IMG/VR virus record: IMGVR_UViG_3300029822_000001 | Location: 32,001 to 96,000 of that record | Direction: 5' to 3' (one strand) | From: a virus | Length of the DNA: 64,000 nt | Part shown: piece after piece, positions 17,859 to 27,838 of the stretch | How the letters are laid out: each line of letters starts with the position of its first letter | How positions within the stretch are numbered: position 1 is the stretch's first letter | Notes under the pieces: model-generated | Told to the model about the DNA's origin: nothing | Seen by the model: only the letters and a program-made list of their open reading frames with translations | The model's database searches: none | Translations under genes and position numbers: made by a program

Positions 17859-18308
17859 TTACTCCATATTATCCAAGTACTTAGCCAATTCATCAATGCT
17901 GATTTCAACCTTAAAAAGGTCCTCTATTTTGTAGCCAAGGCCTAGAGATGGACGCTTATTAAAAAAGCCTAAAAGTTGTTGTTTAAGTATAAAGGTATTC
18001 TTAGCAAAAAAGCTATGTCTACTTGGGAATTTCGAGGAAAATATCATCTTAAGGTATTCCGTGTGCTTCAGATAGTTAATTAATAGGTACTTTAGAATAT
18101 GTTTGGATACATGTAAAGTACAATAGCTATTACTTTGGTCTAAGTTAATGAGGTATACCTGATAGTACTCATGTTTGTTGCCGGGAATAATAACTAGACA
18201 TTTTTCCCTCATAACTGTGTGGTAGAAGCCATACCTGTACCCGAGTAATTCATTAACCGCTTGTGATAAGGTGGCCTTTAGTACTCGATTAGCAGTTGCT
18301 TCATTCAT
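17859..18308 (-). CDS. hypothetical protein (start corrected to MNEATAN)
   Basis: AAAGGAG RBS; the ORF extension overlaps promoter cassette D. Confidence 0.7.
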   Translation of the reverse strand: MNEATANRVLKATLSQAVNELLGYRYGFYHTVMREKCLVIIPGNKHEYYQVYLINLDQSNSYCTLHVSKHILKYLLINYLKHTEYLKMIFSSKFPSRHSFFAKNTFILKQQLLGFFNKRPSLGLGYKIEDLFKVEISIDELAKYLDNME

Positions 18309-18317
18309 GCATAACAC

Positions 18318-18368
18318 TCTCCTTTCTTGTATGTAAAAAGGATACCATACTAGGTACCCTTTTGTCAA
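18318..18368 (-). promoter_or_regulatory. palindromic promoter cassette D
   Basis: Core identical to cassette C. Confidence 0.75.
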
Positions 18369-18369
18369 G

Positions 18370-18723
18370 TTACTTTTTATTCATTTTAGCTCTTTTGCTT
18401 TCTAACTCTGCTAATTGTTCATTTAACTCCTCTAGTACTTTAAGAGACTCTTTGTACTTATTTGTACCGTCTACACCTTCAATGTGTACTTCGTGTACTT
18501 TATCAGTACCTTTCTGTGAGCCCGTTTGGTCAACCAAGCACATAGCAATAAAGAAGGTTATTGCAGCAACTCCTAAGTACCCGAGGTACCAATAGGGTCC
18601 CCAATTAGCAAGTACTAAGATATTCCCCCAAGTTAATAATCCAACAATACCAGCAATACACAGGGCATAAAACAAAGATTTGAACAAATTCCATAATACT
18701 TTGAGTACCTTTTTCATTAACAA
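18370..18723 (-). CDS. membrane protein
   Basis: Two TM helices plus a coiled-coil tail. Confidence 0.75.
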   Translation of the reverse strand: MLMKKVLKVLWNLFKSLFYALCIAGIVGLLTWGNILVLANWGPYWYLGYLGVAAITFFIAMCLVDQTGSQKGTDKVHEVHIEGVDGTNKYKESLKVLEELNEQLAELESKRAKMNKK

Positions 18724-19253
18724 TCACCCTCCTTTTTATAGTCAATTAATGGTCCACTACTAATGTCAAAATTATGTGCAATTCTAGCAGCCGCACAGGC
18801 ACTAACTGCTGACAGAGCATCGTCAATAAAAGTATTACAGTTTCCGACGTCCTGTTCACTATCCAGTTCTTTAGCCTTACCTTGCTTATTCTTGTCTAGG
18901 AAGCCAAACGAGGTAACTGCAATGTTACCATAGTCACCCGTTAAACCTATCGCCAAAGTCTCATCAACGGAGAACTGACCGAGGTCTTGTTCTATGATAC
19001 CCTGTAGTGGTTGGTCAAACTTTTGGTTACTAGCCAGTTTATCTAAGTTAATTGCCATAGCTACATGTTGTAGCACATCTCGCTTTAACATTACATGGTC
19101 AACAGCTTCTAAACAGTCGTTAATTGTTAATTCTGGTAAATATTCTTTTTGTAAACTATAGGTTACTTCAGCTAGGTCACTAAAACTAACACCTCTATCT
19201 AATAACTCGTTTAGTACATAGTTAAATAACTCTTCATCGGGATACGTTTTCAT
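18717..19253 (-). CDS. phosphatidylglycerophosphatase A (PgpA/YpjQ)-like protein
   Basis: VDETLA, YGNIAVTSFGFLDKNK, NTFIDD..SA...AAARIAH motifs typical of Firmicute PgpA-like proteins. Confidence 0.8.
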   Translation of the reverse strand: MKTYPDEELFNYVLNELLDRGVSFSDLAEVTYSLQKEYLPELTINDCLEAVDHVMLKRDVLQHVAMAINLDKLASNQKFDQPLQGIIEQDLGQFSVDETLAIGLTGDYGNIAVTSFGFLDKNKQGKAKELDSEQDVGNCNTFIDDALSAVSACAAARIAHNFDISSGPLIDYKKEGDC

Positions 19254-19254
19254 A

Positions 19255-20526
19255 TTAATCTTCCTTTTCATTGAAGTAATAGGTAGATACCCATGGATGG
19301 TTACTGCCCTTACTTAAAATAATTGCTGACTGTCCTGCTTCAGCGTTTCCTAATTCATTTCGAGTAGCATACTGGTCAGTACCCTTGAGACTTGCAGCAA
19401 CAACCACTGTAGCATGGCCTTCTTCTTGCCAGGTACTAAAGGTATGATAGTGACCGGCAATTATTAAATCTGGTTGTACCTCATGTCCCAACCGTGATAC
19501 ATTATCATTTTTCTTACGGTTAAGAGCTTCCCCATGTGTTAATAGAACATGATGACCTAATACATCAAATTCTGAACGGTAGATGTTCTGACTGTTATCT
19601 AGTACTTCCACATTTTTAAGCTGACCTGTTTCCTGCATTAACTTAATGGTGGATAACACAGTATAAGCAACGGAATCATTGAACATTTCTTTGGACTTGT
19701 CTCCAGAGTACCGGTCATGGTTACCCGCAATGATAGAGAAAACTACATGAAACTCGGATTGCATAAGTTGCAATTGCTTAACCACTAGTCCTGTAGCCTT
19801 AGCTACCTGAGCTGCTAAAGGAAATTCACAATTCATTGAGCTAGAATAGTGTAAGTAACTTTGTTCAACTAGGTCTCCAATGTTAACTTCATAGATAGTA
19901 GATAGTCCCATAGACTTGGCAACACTCATAGCATACCGGGTATGTTCCATCAAACGTTGTTGAGCAATTTCCCAATTATATTGATTATTAGGTAAATCCA
20001 CTAAGGCACCAATGTGCATATCGCTGGTAACATCAATGTAAGCTAGTTTTTCCTCCTTAGGCGCTACATAAGGTACAGTCTCCTTAGGTAAGTTACTAAT
20101 GGTACCCTTTAATGCCTCAGACAGCCCGTTCATTAGTGAGGTCATCATGGCCCCTGTCCGAATATCCTTCTTAAGTTCTCGCTGGTACTGACTTACTTCT
20201 AACTGATGTACCGCAGAAGGACTAATTTTAGTAACTACCTTTTGGTCCCAATCTTTTTTAGTCTTGGTACCCATCTTGTTAATATCTTTCTTTAACACAT
20301 CATACAAGGATACTTCGCCATCTCTAACTTGAGTGTATGCTTCTTTAAGCTCTGGTGTTGTATCCAATTCTTGTACCAATTCAATCAATTCTTGCTTGTT
20401 AGTTTTTTCTGACTTGCCTTTTCCTAATTGAGTTAAGTAATCATTTACCCGAGCAACCGGTACCCGGTAACCATATGTCTTATAAAGCTCTCCCAAAATG
20501 TAAGCTAGTTCTATTTTTCTATCCAC
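19255..20526 (-). CDS. calcineurin-like metallophosphoesterase
   Basis: SDMHIG, GDLVE, GNHDR, THG and GHYH motifs. Confidence 0.85.
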   Translation of the reverse strand: MDRKIELAYILGELYKTYGYRVPVARVNDYLTQLGKGKSEKTNKQELIELVQELDTTPELKEAYTQVRDGEVSLYDVLKKDINKMGTKTKKDWDQKVVTKISPSAVHQLEVSQYQRELKKDIRTGAMMTSLMNGLSEALKGTISNLPKETVPYVAPKEEKLAYIDVTSDMHIGALVDLPNNQYNWEIAQQRLMEHTRYAMSVAKSMGLSTIYEVNIGDLVEQSYLHYSSSMNCEFPLAAQVAKATGLVVKQLQLMQSEFHVVFSIIAGNHDRYSGDKSKEMFNDSVAYTVLSTIKLMQETGQLKNVEVLDNSQNIYRSEFDVLGHHVLLTHGEALNRKKNDNVSRLGHEVQPDLIIAGHYHTFSTWQEEGHATVVVAASLKGTDQYATRNELGNAEAGQSAIILSKGSNHPWVSTYYFNEKED

Positions 20527-20542
20527 AATCTATATCTCCTTG

Positions 20543-21376
20543 TTATTCTAGAATAGCAGTTACCACTTCTGGTACCGTTACATCTGGTAGTACCATGTAG
20601 TCGTTATTGCCTTCACGCACTATATATTGTACACCCTCAGGAAGAGCATCTGCTTTAATCTTAGTTAAACTATCCAAATAAGATACAAATATGAGGATAT
20701 TTTTATAACTAGTAGTAGGAGTCATAATCATATCTGGATGTCCATTAATTGAGTTCTTAACAAGTTCTCCTAGGGAAGCATAAGGGTACTTTTCATCAAG
20801 AAGAACTGCTCTTTGTCCCGTTGTTTTTTCCTTAAAGTAACGTAGAGGGTACTTTCCTTGTACTATCTGTGAATATTGATAGGTAGCTCCTTCTAAGTAC
20901 ATACTTAATTCAAAACTGGGACTTAGTGCCTTAACTAATACCCGATAACCAAATACTTGAAGTATCTGATTCATCATCTCAAGGTCAGCAAACCATTTAA
21001 GGATATCCTTTAAGTACAATGGATTATTAAACAAATTAAAATAATTTTGATGGTACATTTGTAGAAGTACCCAGATACATTTTCCTGCTCCGCCAGTCTC
21101 TAAAGTTTCATCTGTAGATATATCTTGAATAATTACCCCTTTACCTTGTAAATACTGATACTGCTCTTGTACCCTAGCTGTTTTACGCATAGGACTAATA
21201 ACCTTTAACGTGTCTCCTACGTTAACAGATATCTTGCCCATTTTAACCTGCTGGACAAAACTAAACAAGTTTCCTTCAATTAAGTCATCCTTTAACTGAC
21301 TATGTTCTTTTTGTAAAAAGGCTACTGCAAAGCTAAGCAAGCTTTTGCTATTGAAAAGTATCATTGATTTGGACAT
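20543..21376 (-). CDS. hypothetical protein
   Basis: 277-aa ORF; TTGACA-N17-TATACT promoter and GGAGG RBS upstream. Confidence 0.75.
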   Translation of the reverse strand: MSKSMILFNSKSLLSFAVAFLQKEHSQLKDDLIEGNLFSFVQQVKMGKISVNVGDTLKVISPMRKTARVQEQYQYLQGKGVIIQDISTDETLETGGAGKCIWVLLQMYHQNYFNLFNNPLYLKDILKWFADLEMMNQILQVFGYRVLVKALSPSFELSMYLEGATYQYSQIVQGKYPLRYFKEKTTGQRAVLLDEKYPYASLGELVKNSINGHPDMIMTPTTSYKNILIFVSYLDSLTKIKADALPEGVQYIVREGNNDYMVLPDVTVPEVVTAILE

Positions 21377-21440
21377 AAATAAAACACCTCCAAGGAATAG
21401 TATACCCTAGGGGTGTTAGTTTGTCAACTTTTGCTAATTA

Positions 21441-21626
21441 TTAAGCAGTTGCTGTTGTGAAATCTGGAATTGTTACTTTAGCATTACTCCCTGCGTAAGC
21501 TGCTTGATAGCCACTGTACGTAGTACCAGCAGTTAGACCAGTTAAAACTACAGGAGATACCTGTGCATCTGCTACCTTGTTACCCTGATTATCATATACG
21601 TCAAAATTTTGTACTGTATCTGCCAT
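21441..21626 (-). CDS. small virion decoration protein, N-terminally truncated FN3 domain
   Basis: Paralog of residues 1-57 of the 153-aa protein; LTGLTAGTTY FN3 motif. Confidence 0.8.
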   Translation of the reverse strand: MADTVQNFDVYDNQGNKVADAQVSPVVLTGLTAGTTYSGYQAAYAGSNAKVTIPDFTTATA

Positions 21627-21704
21627 TATTTTGTTCTCCTTTATTAATTAGTTTAATGGAATTGTTGCTGTTGTTGCTGTGGTAGTTACATTACCTACAG
21701 ATGG

Positions 21705-22166
21705 TTATGCAGGCGTAGCTGCTACTGGAGTACCAGTAACAGAACTTGACTTGTCGGATTCACCAGCGCCGTTAATAGCGGTGGCTTGGAAAGTATATTC
21801 CGTCCCATCAGTCAGCCCTGTGATAGTACCTGTTAAAGAATTCTCCAAGTCCATAGTTAAAGGTGTTGTACCATCTGTGTAATAAACTTTATAGTCAGTA
21901 ACGGCACTTCCTGCATTAGCTCCTGCAGTTAGGGTAACATCTACTTGTCCATCCCCAGGAGTAACTACTAAAGTAGGAGCCCCAGGAACTACATCTAGGG
22001 TTGTGAAATCAGGAAGTGCTGTCTTGTTTTCCTGACCAGCATAAGTTGCTTGATAACCCTTATACGTAGTATTAGGATTTAACCCTGTAATACTAACAGG
22101 AGATGCTTGCGCAGCTACTACCTTAGTATTATTTTCATCATAAATGTCAAAAGTTACATCTGCCAT
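21705..22166 (-). CDS. virion decoration protein: truncated FN3 plus complete FN3 domain
   Basis: ITGLNPNTTY, and PGAPTL...DYKVYY...ITGLTDGTEYTFQATAINGAGES. Confidence 0.85.
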   Translation of the reverse strand: MADVTFDIYDENNTKVVAAQASPVSITGLNPNTTYKGYQATYAGQENKTALPDFTTLDVVPGAPTLVVTPGDGQVDVTLTAGANAGSAVTDYKVYYTDGTTPLTMDLENSLTGTITGLTDGTEYTFQATAINGAGESDKSSSVTGTPVAATPA

Positions 22167-22185
22167 TGATTAAAAACATCCTTTC

Positions 22186-22686
22186 TTATTCTAATGGGAT
22201 TGTTGCTGTTGTTGCCGTTGTTGTTACAGTACCTACTGTAGGGGCCTTAGGAGTACTTGTTGAAGAAACTACTAAGTCAGCCAATTCCTGTGCACTTAAC
22301 AGGTTGTAATCATAGTTAACTGGGGAAATACTCCCTAGGTACAAGGAAATTGCTTGTAATAAAGCTACTGCAACGTTTCCATAATACTTATCAGTTACTA
22401 CTGAACCTAATTCATATGAATAGTTAGGGTCGTTCTTAAGAACATACTTAATAGTTTTAGCAGTAGTATCCCAGGAAATAACCTTTTCCCCTGCTGTAGT
22501 ATATTTACCTGTTTGTACATCTTTTGGAGACAGAGCACGTACAAAATTGTTTGCATCAATTGCAAACAAAATTGGACCTGCACCTGCGTCATCATAAACA
22601 TCCGCTGAAGATAAAGGTTCCTTAACTAAAATATAGTTACCTGTTAAATCTGCTAATGTTGCTGATTTTAAGTCAATTTTTTCCAT
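22186..22686 (-). CDS. putative structural protein ending in an FN3 A/B-strand-like peptide
   Basis: 166 aa; syntenic position after the sigma factor in Twort-like phages; ends PKAPTVGTVTTTATTATIPLE. Confidence 0.7.
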   Translation of the reverse strand: MEKIDLKSATLADLTGNYILVKEPLSSADVYDDAGAGPILFAIDANNFVRALSPKDVQTGKYTTAGEKVISWDTTAKTIKYVLKNDPNYSYELGSVVTDKYYGNVAVALLQAISLYLGSISPVNYDYNLLSAQELADLVVSSTSTPKAPTVGTVTTTATTATIPLE

Positions 22687-22737
22687 GTGTTTTATCCCTT
22701 CTTATTAACTTCTTGCTCTCAGTCACTTATAATATAA

Positions 22738-23520
22738 TCAGTATGGGTTCCTAACATCTAGTAACCGTTCTCGTAAATCCTGGTACTCTAGTTGTACCTG
22801 AGACATAGAGAGGTTATACTTCTTAGCAATCTCCTCTTTGGTAACAATGACTCCTTGGTCTTTGTTTATAAAGGAATCAATTAAGGCTAACTGAATAGTA
22901 CTTAGAGGGCGATTAGTCGTAATCTCATCTAGTAGGTCATTAAGAGAAGTATCTATCTCTACAGGAGTCGTTACCCGGCTAACTTTACCTCGAACCTTAT
23001 CACTTTTACCCCTAGCCAAAGAGTCCGAGTCATTATAACGATATTGATACTCTACCTTGTTTCCCTCTTCTAATCGGGTATCAATCAGACGTTCTACACT
23101 AGCGTACATATTGTTACTGCTTAGTACATTCTCATTTTTCTTACGAATATCCTGTGACTGACTATAAGACTTACCAACACGCCAGCCGAGCATAGTCTTA
23201 ATGTACCCAGGAAAATCTACCTCTCCCGTTGTATCATACTCAGTTACTAAAGAAACAAAAATATCTAGTACTGCTTCTCCAAGTTCATTTAAATCAGGTA
23301 CCGTATGGTAAAATCTAGCGTATTTCTGATAGGTGCTATAGATTAAAGGCCAGTACTGATTAATCAAACTAGCAGAGTCACGCACAAAAGAGGCTGATAC
23401 TTCAGCCCCTTGCGTATTGTACACCCCTAAGCGTACCAGTGCTTTTTCAGCATTTTCATGACGGTCAAAGTTGTAATAGTTAGACAAACGTTCCATAATT
23501 AAGCTATCTTGATATGACAT
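22738..23520 (-). CDS. phage RNA polymerase sigma factor
   Basis: Region 2-like LINQYWPLI...FVSLVTEYD...DFPGYIK and region 4-like EIAKKYNLS; synteny after recA. Confidence 0.75.
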   Translation of the reverse strand: MSYQDSLIMERLSNYYNFDRHENAEKALVRLGVYNTQGAEVSASFVRDSASLINQYWPLIYSTYQKYARFYHTVPDLNELGEAVLDIFVSLVTEYDTTGEVDFPGYIKTMLGWRVGKSYSQSQDIRKKNENVLSSNNMYASVERLIDTRLEEGNKVEYQYRYNDSDSLARGKSDKVRGKVSRVTTPVEIDTSLNDLLDEITTNRPLSTIQLALIDSFINKDQGVIVTKEEIAKKYNLSMSQVQLEYQDLRERLLDVRNPY

Positions 23521-23589
23521 GTAGTACCTCTCTATATATATATTAGTACTTTTAGTATACCATATCTAGTATAACTAGTATAAAATACT

Positions 23590-23907
23590 CTAGCTAAGGT
23601 CAGGCTTCTTAATGTAATAGCTAGAATCAATTAATGAAGTATAATTGATAGTTACAGGTACCTTTTCCTTAACAAGATGACTACCAGAACTAGCAATTAC
23701 TTCAGTGTACCCTAAAGCAAACCTAGGATACAATTTAGATAGCTTAATAACAGAAGCACTATTAGCAATACGATTAGTACGAGTCATTAAAACAATATCT
23801 TCCTGACTATCAACATACTTACGAAGCTTATCCCGTACACGCTTAATTTGCTCTGGTTCCTTATAGGTATCAGACTTTGACTTCCAAGAAGCTTTACTGA
23901 CTGCCAT
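23590..23907 (-). CDS. conserved hypothetical protein between recA and the sigma factor
   Basis: 105-aa ORF coupled to the recA stop. Confidence 0.75.
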   Translation of the reverse strand: MAVSKASWKSKSDTYKEPEQIKRVRDKLRKYVDSQEDIVLMTRTNRIANSASVIKLSKLYPRFALGYTEVIASSGSHLVKEKVPVTINYTSLIDSSYYIKKPDLS

Positions 23908-25142
23908 TACTTTTTAGCCCCCTTTTTCTTAGGAGTACCGTGTGTTTCCATGTAGTTACGATAGTTGAAATTCTGTTGTTCAACTGGTAACTTCTCCTGG
24001 ATATCAATGTAGTACTCACGTAATCCTTCAATAAAAGGAAACTCTTCTACAGTCATTTCTAGGTTTTCATTGAATAATGGAGGGTAGCACTGAGGACAGT
24101 AGGCTTTAACACACTTTTGCCATAATTCCTTAAATAGCTCCGAGTCCTGATTCTGACTCAGGTAATCACGGAAATCATGCATAGACTTACTAATAATTTC
24201 ACCATCATCTGTAATGTACTTTTTAGGGTTACTTCCTGTAATTAGTCCTAAGCTGAAAGCACATTGATACAGATTATATCCTAAGTCAAATCCAGACTGA
24301 TTAGTAATGACACCTTCAAAAGGTAAACTATCACTGTCACCAACTTTTGTTTTACGAACAACCAAAGTAGAGATACGTCCAATCTCTGCCTTATCTGAAG
24401 CATTTTTGCCAAACTTTTTACCCTTATTGATTTGGATACGGTTTGAAAGTACATGCTCCCAGCCTTTACCTCCAGAGGTCTTAACCTGCTTGTACCGAGG
24501 GTTAGCCGCATTTAAGTCGTCACGAGCTTGGTTAACTGCTAGAAGGGTACCCCCATTTTCCTTTAGATTAGGTTGTACCTTGCGCATAACGGTATTAATT
24601 GCCCGAGCAGCTCCTGCAACAGTACTGGAGTCTAAGTCTGAGGATTCTTCCATGTTACTCAGAGTAAACGCAACAGAGTCCCATACGAATAGTACCTGTT
24701 GTCCTGGGCGCTTATCTGAAATAGTAGCAAGGTCTCGAATAATCTTTTCCCCAATCTGTTCTACAGTAATTGGATGAACAGTACCCTTAGAGTCTCGCTT
24801 AGCTCGTACTGAAATCATCTTAGAAGGGTCAACCCCGAGTTGCATCGCCCGAGAGGGCGGAGTTGTTTCTTCAACATCAAATAGGTATCCAAGACCTCCT
24901 AACTTTTGGAAGTTACGAAGGATTAACAAATAGAAAGTACTCTTACCTGCTCCAGGAACCCCAAATACTTCAGAAACTGAGCCGGAGGCTGGAATACCTC
25001 CTTCTAAGGCAGCATCCACCATAGGAATACAGGTTGGAATCCAATCTTTAACTTCCTGATTCTTTTGGTCTTCGTACACAGATAATTGTGGGTCAGAAGA
25101 TACCAATGAATTAATTACATCACCTAAGTCTTCGCTAGACAA
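23907..25142 (-). CDS. recA: RecA/UvsX-like recombinase
   Basis: GGIP..VSEVFGVPGAGKST, WDSVA, NQARD, TSGG motifs. Confidence 0.9.
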   Translation of the reverse strand: MSSEDLGDVINSLVSSDPQLSVYEDQKNQEVKDWIPTCIPMVDAALEGGIPASGSVSEVFGVPGAGKSTFYLLILRNFQKLGGLGYLFDVEETTPPSRAMQLGVDPSKMISVRAKRDSKGTVHPITVEQIGEKIIRDLATISDKRPGQQVLFVWDSVAFTLSNMEESSDLDSSTVAGAARAINTVMRKVQPNLKENGGTLLAVNQARDDLNAANPRYKQVKTSGGKGWEHVLSNRIQINKGKKFGKNASDKAEIGRISTLVVRKTKVGDSDSLPFEGVITNQSGFDLGYNLYQCAFSLGLITGSNPKKYITDDGEIISKSMHDFRDYLSQNQDSELFKELWQKCVKAYCPQCYPPLFNENLEMTVEEFPFIEGLREYYIDIQEKLPVEQQNFNYRNYMETHGTPKKKGAKK

Positions 25143-25153
25143 GTTAATTCCCC

Positions 25154-26548
25154 CTACTTGTTGTCATTAAGAAAATCTTCTACATCTGTATCAGAGGTAT
25201 CAAATGGATTATCTCCATCAGTACTAAAAGGGTCTGATACATCATTACTTACTGGAGTACTGCCACTAAATACATCATCAAATGGGTTTTCTGTTGTCTT
25301 TGGTTCTACCTTGTTGGCTTCAAATGGGTCTGTAGTCTCCTGTGGAGTATTTTTAGCTGCCTCTGGTGTACTTGTACCGGAATTACCGAAAGGATTGTTA
25401 GAAGCAGATTCTGATGCCTTGTTACCATCTGTATCAGGGGTACTCTGAACTGATGGAGAGGCTACAGTCTTTGTACCTTCATATGCAGAAATAGCTTGCA
25501 TAACTTGTGGATTAGTAGCGTACACAATCTTAGCAGTTTCCAATGGTAACTTACCAGAAGTAATCATTTGCAAGGCAGTTGTTACAGCATCAGAGGTACC
25601 ACCATTGTTACTCTGAGGAGTCGTCTGAGTACCTGAATTTACTGTAGGGGTACTCTGGGTATCATAAGGATTAGTAATGTTAGCTCCAGAAGACACAATG
25701 GACATCTTATCATGCGCAACCTTTTTAACTTGGTTGGTAAGAATCTCATAAAAACTTGGTGAAACTTCCTTAGTTAACCGATTGAAGTACTCTGGGTCGT
25801 CAAACTTGGTAAAGTGTCCTTCTGAGTCCTTTTCAAACGGATTAAGTTGTTCAGACATTGCAGGTAACACTAATCCTTCACGTACGTTTGCTGCATAATT
25901 GTTACCACTACGCTTAATTTCAACAGGTACTGTTACACCTGTACTAATAAACTTTAGGTCATCTGCAAAAGGCTTCCCACTAACTCGCAAGGAATCATCG
26001 GCTAATGCTTCTAAAATTGCACGATAAGCCGTTTCACGAATAATCAGATTTTTATACATATAATCAGTCGAGGTATGTGCATCTACATAAGTACCACTTT
26101 GGTCTGGTACTGATGGAATACCAATGATTTCATAAGATGTACGAAAACCCGTCTGTCCTACTGGCTTACCTTGGTACATTGAGTGACTAATTTGAATATA
26201 ATCAGAGTCACTGTATTCCTCGTGTTCCTTAGAGTATTTTTTGTTAAAGGAAATAATACTCTTAACAGTACTTACAAATTCGTCGTCATTATCTCGAGGG
26301 TTTACAATTACAGGGTAGTTATAAGAACTACCATCTGCACGCTTAGCAGTTACCCAAACTTGTACTACCTGCTTAGCAAACCAACCATTATCTCCAACTG
26401 GTGCTGGTAAAATACGTCCTAAGAAAGGATTTTTACCATTAACCACAATGGCCTTGTTCTTACGAGTAGGGAAGTCATTAGTGTTTCCTCCTCGGTTCTC
26501 TGGGTCCGTTGCCTTAAGTTGTTGCTTTAACATTTGTTTAATATCCAT
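25154..26548 (-). CDS. putative single-stranded DNA-binding protein
   Basis: GRILPA motif, long disordered tail with NPF/DPF repeats, acidic end; synteny upstream of recA. Confidence 0.6.
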   Translation of the reverse strand: MDIKQMLKQQLKATDPENRGGNTNDFPTRKNKAIVVNGKNPFLGRILPAPVGDNGWFAKQVVQVWVTAKRADGSSYNYPVIVNPRDNDDEFVSTVKSIISFNKKYSKEHEEYSDSDYIQISHSMYQGKPVGQTGFRTSYEIIGIPSVPDQSGTYVDAHTSTDYMYKNLIIRETAYRAILEALADDSLRVSGKPFADDLKFISTGVTVPVEIKRSGNNYAANVREGLVLPAMSEQLNPFEKDSEGHFTKFDDPEYFNRLTKEVSPSFYEILTNQVKKVAHDKMSIVSSGANITNPYDTQSTPTVNSGTQTTPQSNNGGTSDAVTTALQMITSGKLPLETAKIVYATNPQVMQAISAYEGTKTVASPSVQSTPDTDGNKASESASNNPFGNSGTSTPEAAKNTPQETTDPFEANKVEPKTTENPFDDVFSGSTPVSNDVSDPFSTDGDNPFDTSDTDVEDFLNDNK

Positions 26549-26563
26549 GTTGTATTCGCTCCC

Positions 26564-26782
26564 TTATTTATTCTTTACTATAACAAACCCGTCTAAATGA
26601 TTATCATCAATAAACGCCTTTGCTTCATCTTCACTATTAAAAACTTTTGCCCTAAAACGATAAGAAGTTGTTGCTATTACTCCTGTATTATACTGCTTCT
26701 GGACAAAAATTGAAAGTATCTCATCCTTGATTAGAAAAGTATTTTCATTCTTGTCCTTATTGGCCACTGTTACTATCTCCAT
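26564..26782 (-). CDS. hypothetical protein
   Basis: 72-aa ORF overlapping the upstream gene. Confidence 0.6.
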   Translation of the reverse strand: MEIVTVANKDKNENTFLIKDEILSIFVQKQYNTGVIATTSYRFRAKVFNSEDEAKAFIDDNHLDGFVIVKNK

Positions 26783-27254
26783 ATACTTGCATTGCCCGTC
26801 TCTGAGCAGAAATGGACTGCATTAAGTCCTTACGTTGTTCAAAGGCCTTTGCTAACCGGTTTAAAGCTTTATACTCGTAAGAGATACGATTAACTACTTT
26901 AATCAATCGGTCATATTCATCATCTGAAACAATCGCAGCATTAATCATAGTATCTGTAGGCTTTTTACCATTATTAGCTTCCCTTAATGCAGGGTCTGAT
27001 ACAAACTTATTATACAACTGTCCATGACGATGGTCAACATCCTGCTTAGCATTTTCTAACCGGTAATTAGCCCGCTCTGCCAATTCAGCTATCTGGTAGT
27101 AGTTAATAGCCTGTGTCTCAAAAGGAATATTGTTAGAATCAAACGATAGTAGTTCCTGAGGAGTAATCTCTCGATACTTACCCGTAATAGAACTGTATAT
27201 ATTAACAGAACGTAACCGTCCTAGAGAAGAAGTATCAATTGTGTAATCTGCCAT
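26757..27254 (-). CDS. helical conserved protein, possibly a UvsY-like recombination mediator
   Basis: KPTDTMINAAI..D.EY...KAFEQRKDLMQS pattern; located between pol and ssb/recA. Confidence 0.55.
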   Translation of the reverse strand: MADYTIDTSSLGRLRSVNIYSSITGKYREITPQELLSFDSNNIPFETQAINYYQIAELAERANYRLENAKQDVDHRHGQLYNKFVSDPALREANNGKKPTDTMINAAIVSDDEYDRLIKVVNRISYEYKALNRLAKAFEQRKDLMQSISAQRRAMQVYGDSNSGQ

Positions 27255-27275
27255 ATACTATCTCTTCCCCTTTAT

Positions 27276-27809
27276 CTATACAATTTCGATAGAAGCCTTT
27301 TCATCCTCTTGACGAGGATTAACACTAACTTTTACCTTAGTATCCACTTTGTTAATAAGGTACTTTCCTAAAAATAAGCTACCGTTAACCATTGCATAAT
27401 GAGGGGCACTATCAGAAGCACCTACATCCGCGGCAATGTCTGACAAGCGACTGTACTTACTGTGGCTGCCATCATTAATATTTTCTACGTCATAATAGTA
27501 TAAGTGCTTGTACACAGGTTTTTCAGGAGACTTGTAGTCTTCCTGCTGGTCTTCCTCTTCCTCTTGTGACTGTACACTTACACCATGTAAGGGTCTATCT
27601 TTAATATCAATATGCTGAGTAGTCTTCTTGTTACTATCTTTAACCTCTTGAAGTAACCCAATTAAGGTAGTTAAATGGTTGTCGATGTCTGACAACTTTT
27701 TCACCATCTCGTCACTATGCAGTTCTTCTTTATATGATGCTTGGTTTACTGCCCCTTGTACATCGCTGATACTACTAACTAACTCTTTATGTTTGCTTGA
27801 ACTATACAT
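27276..27809 (-). CDS. hypothetical protein with coiled coil and a NUMOD1-like DNA-binding motif
   Basis: Y.YD......KYSRLSDIAADVG...LFLGKYLI. Confidence 0.6.
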   Translation of the reverse strand: MYSSSKHKELVSSISDVQGAVNQASYKEELHSDEMVKKLSDIDNHLTTLIGLLQEVKDSNKKTTQHIDIKDRPLHGVSVQSQEEEEDQQEDYKSPEKPVYKHLYYYDVENINDGSHSKYSRLSDIAADVGASDSAPHYAMVNGSLFLGKYLINKVDTKVKVSVNPRQEDEKASIEIV

Positions 27810-27838
27810 GATTATACACCTGTCCTTTCAATACAAGT

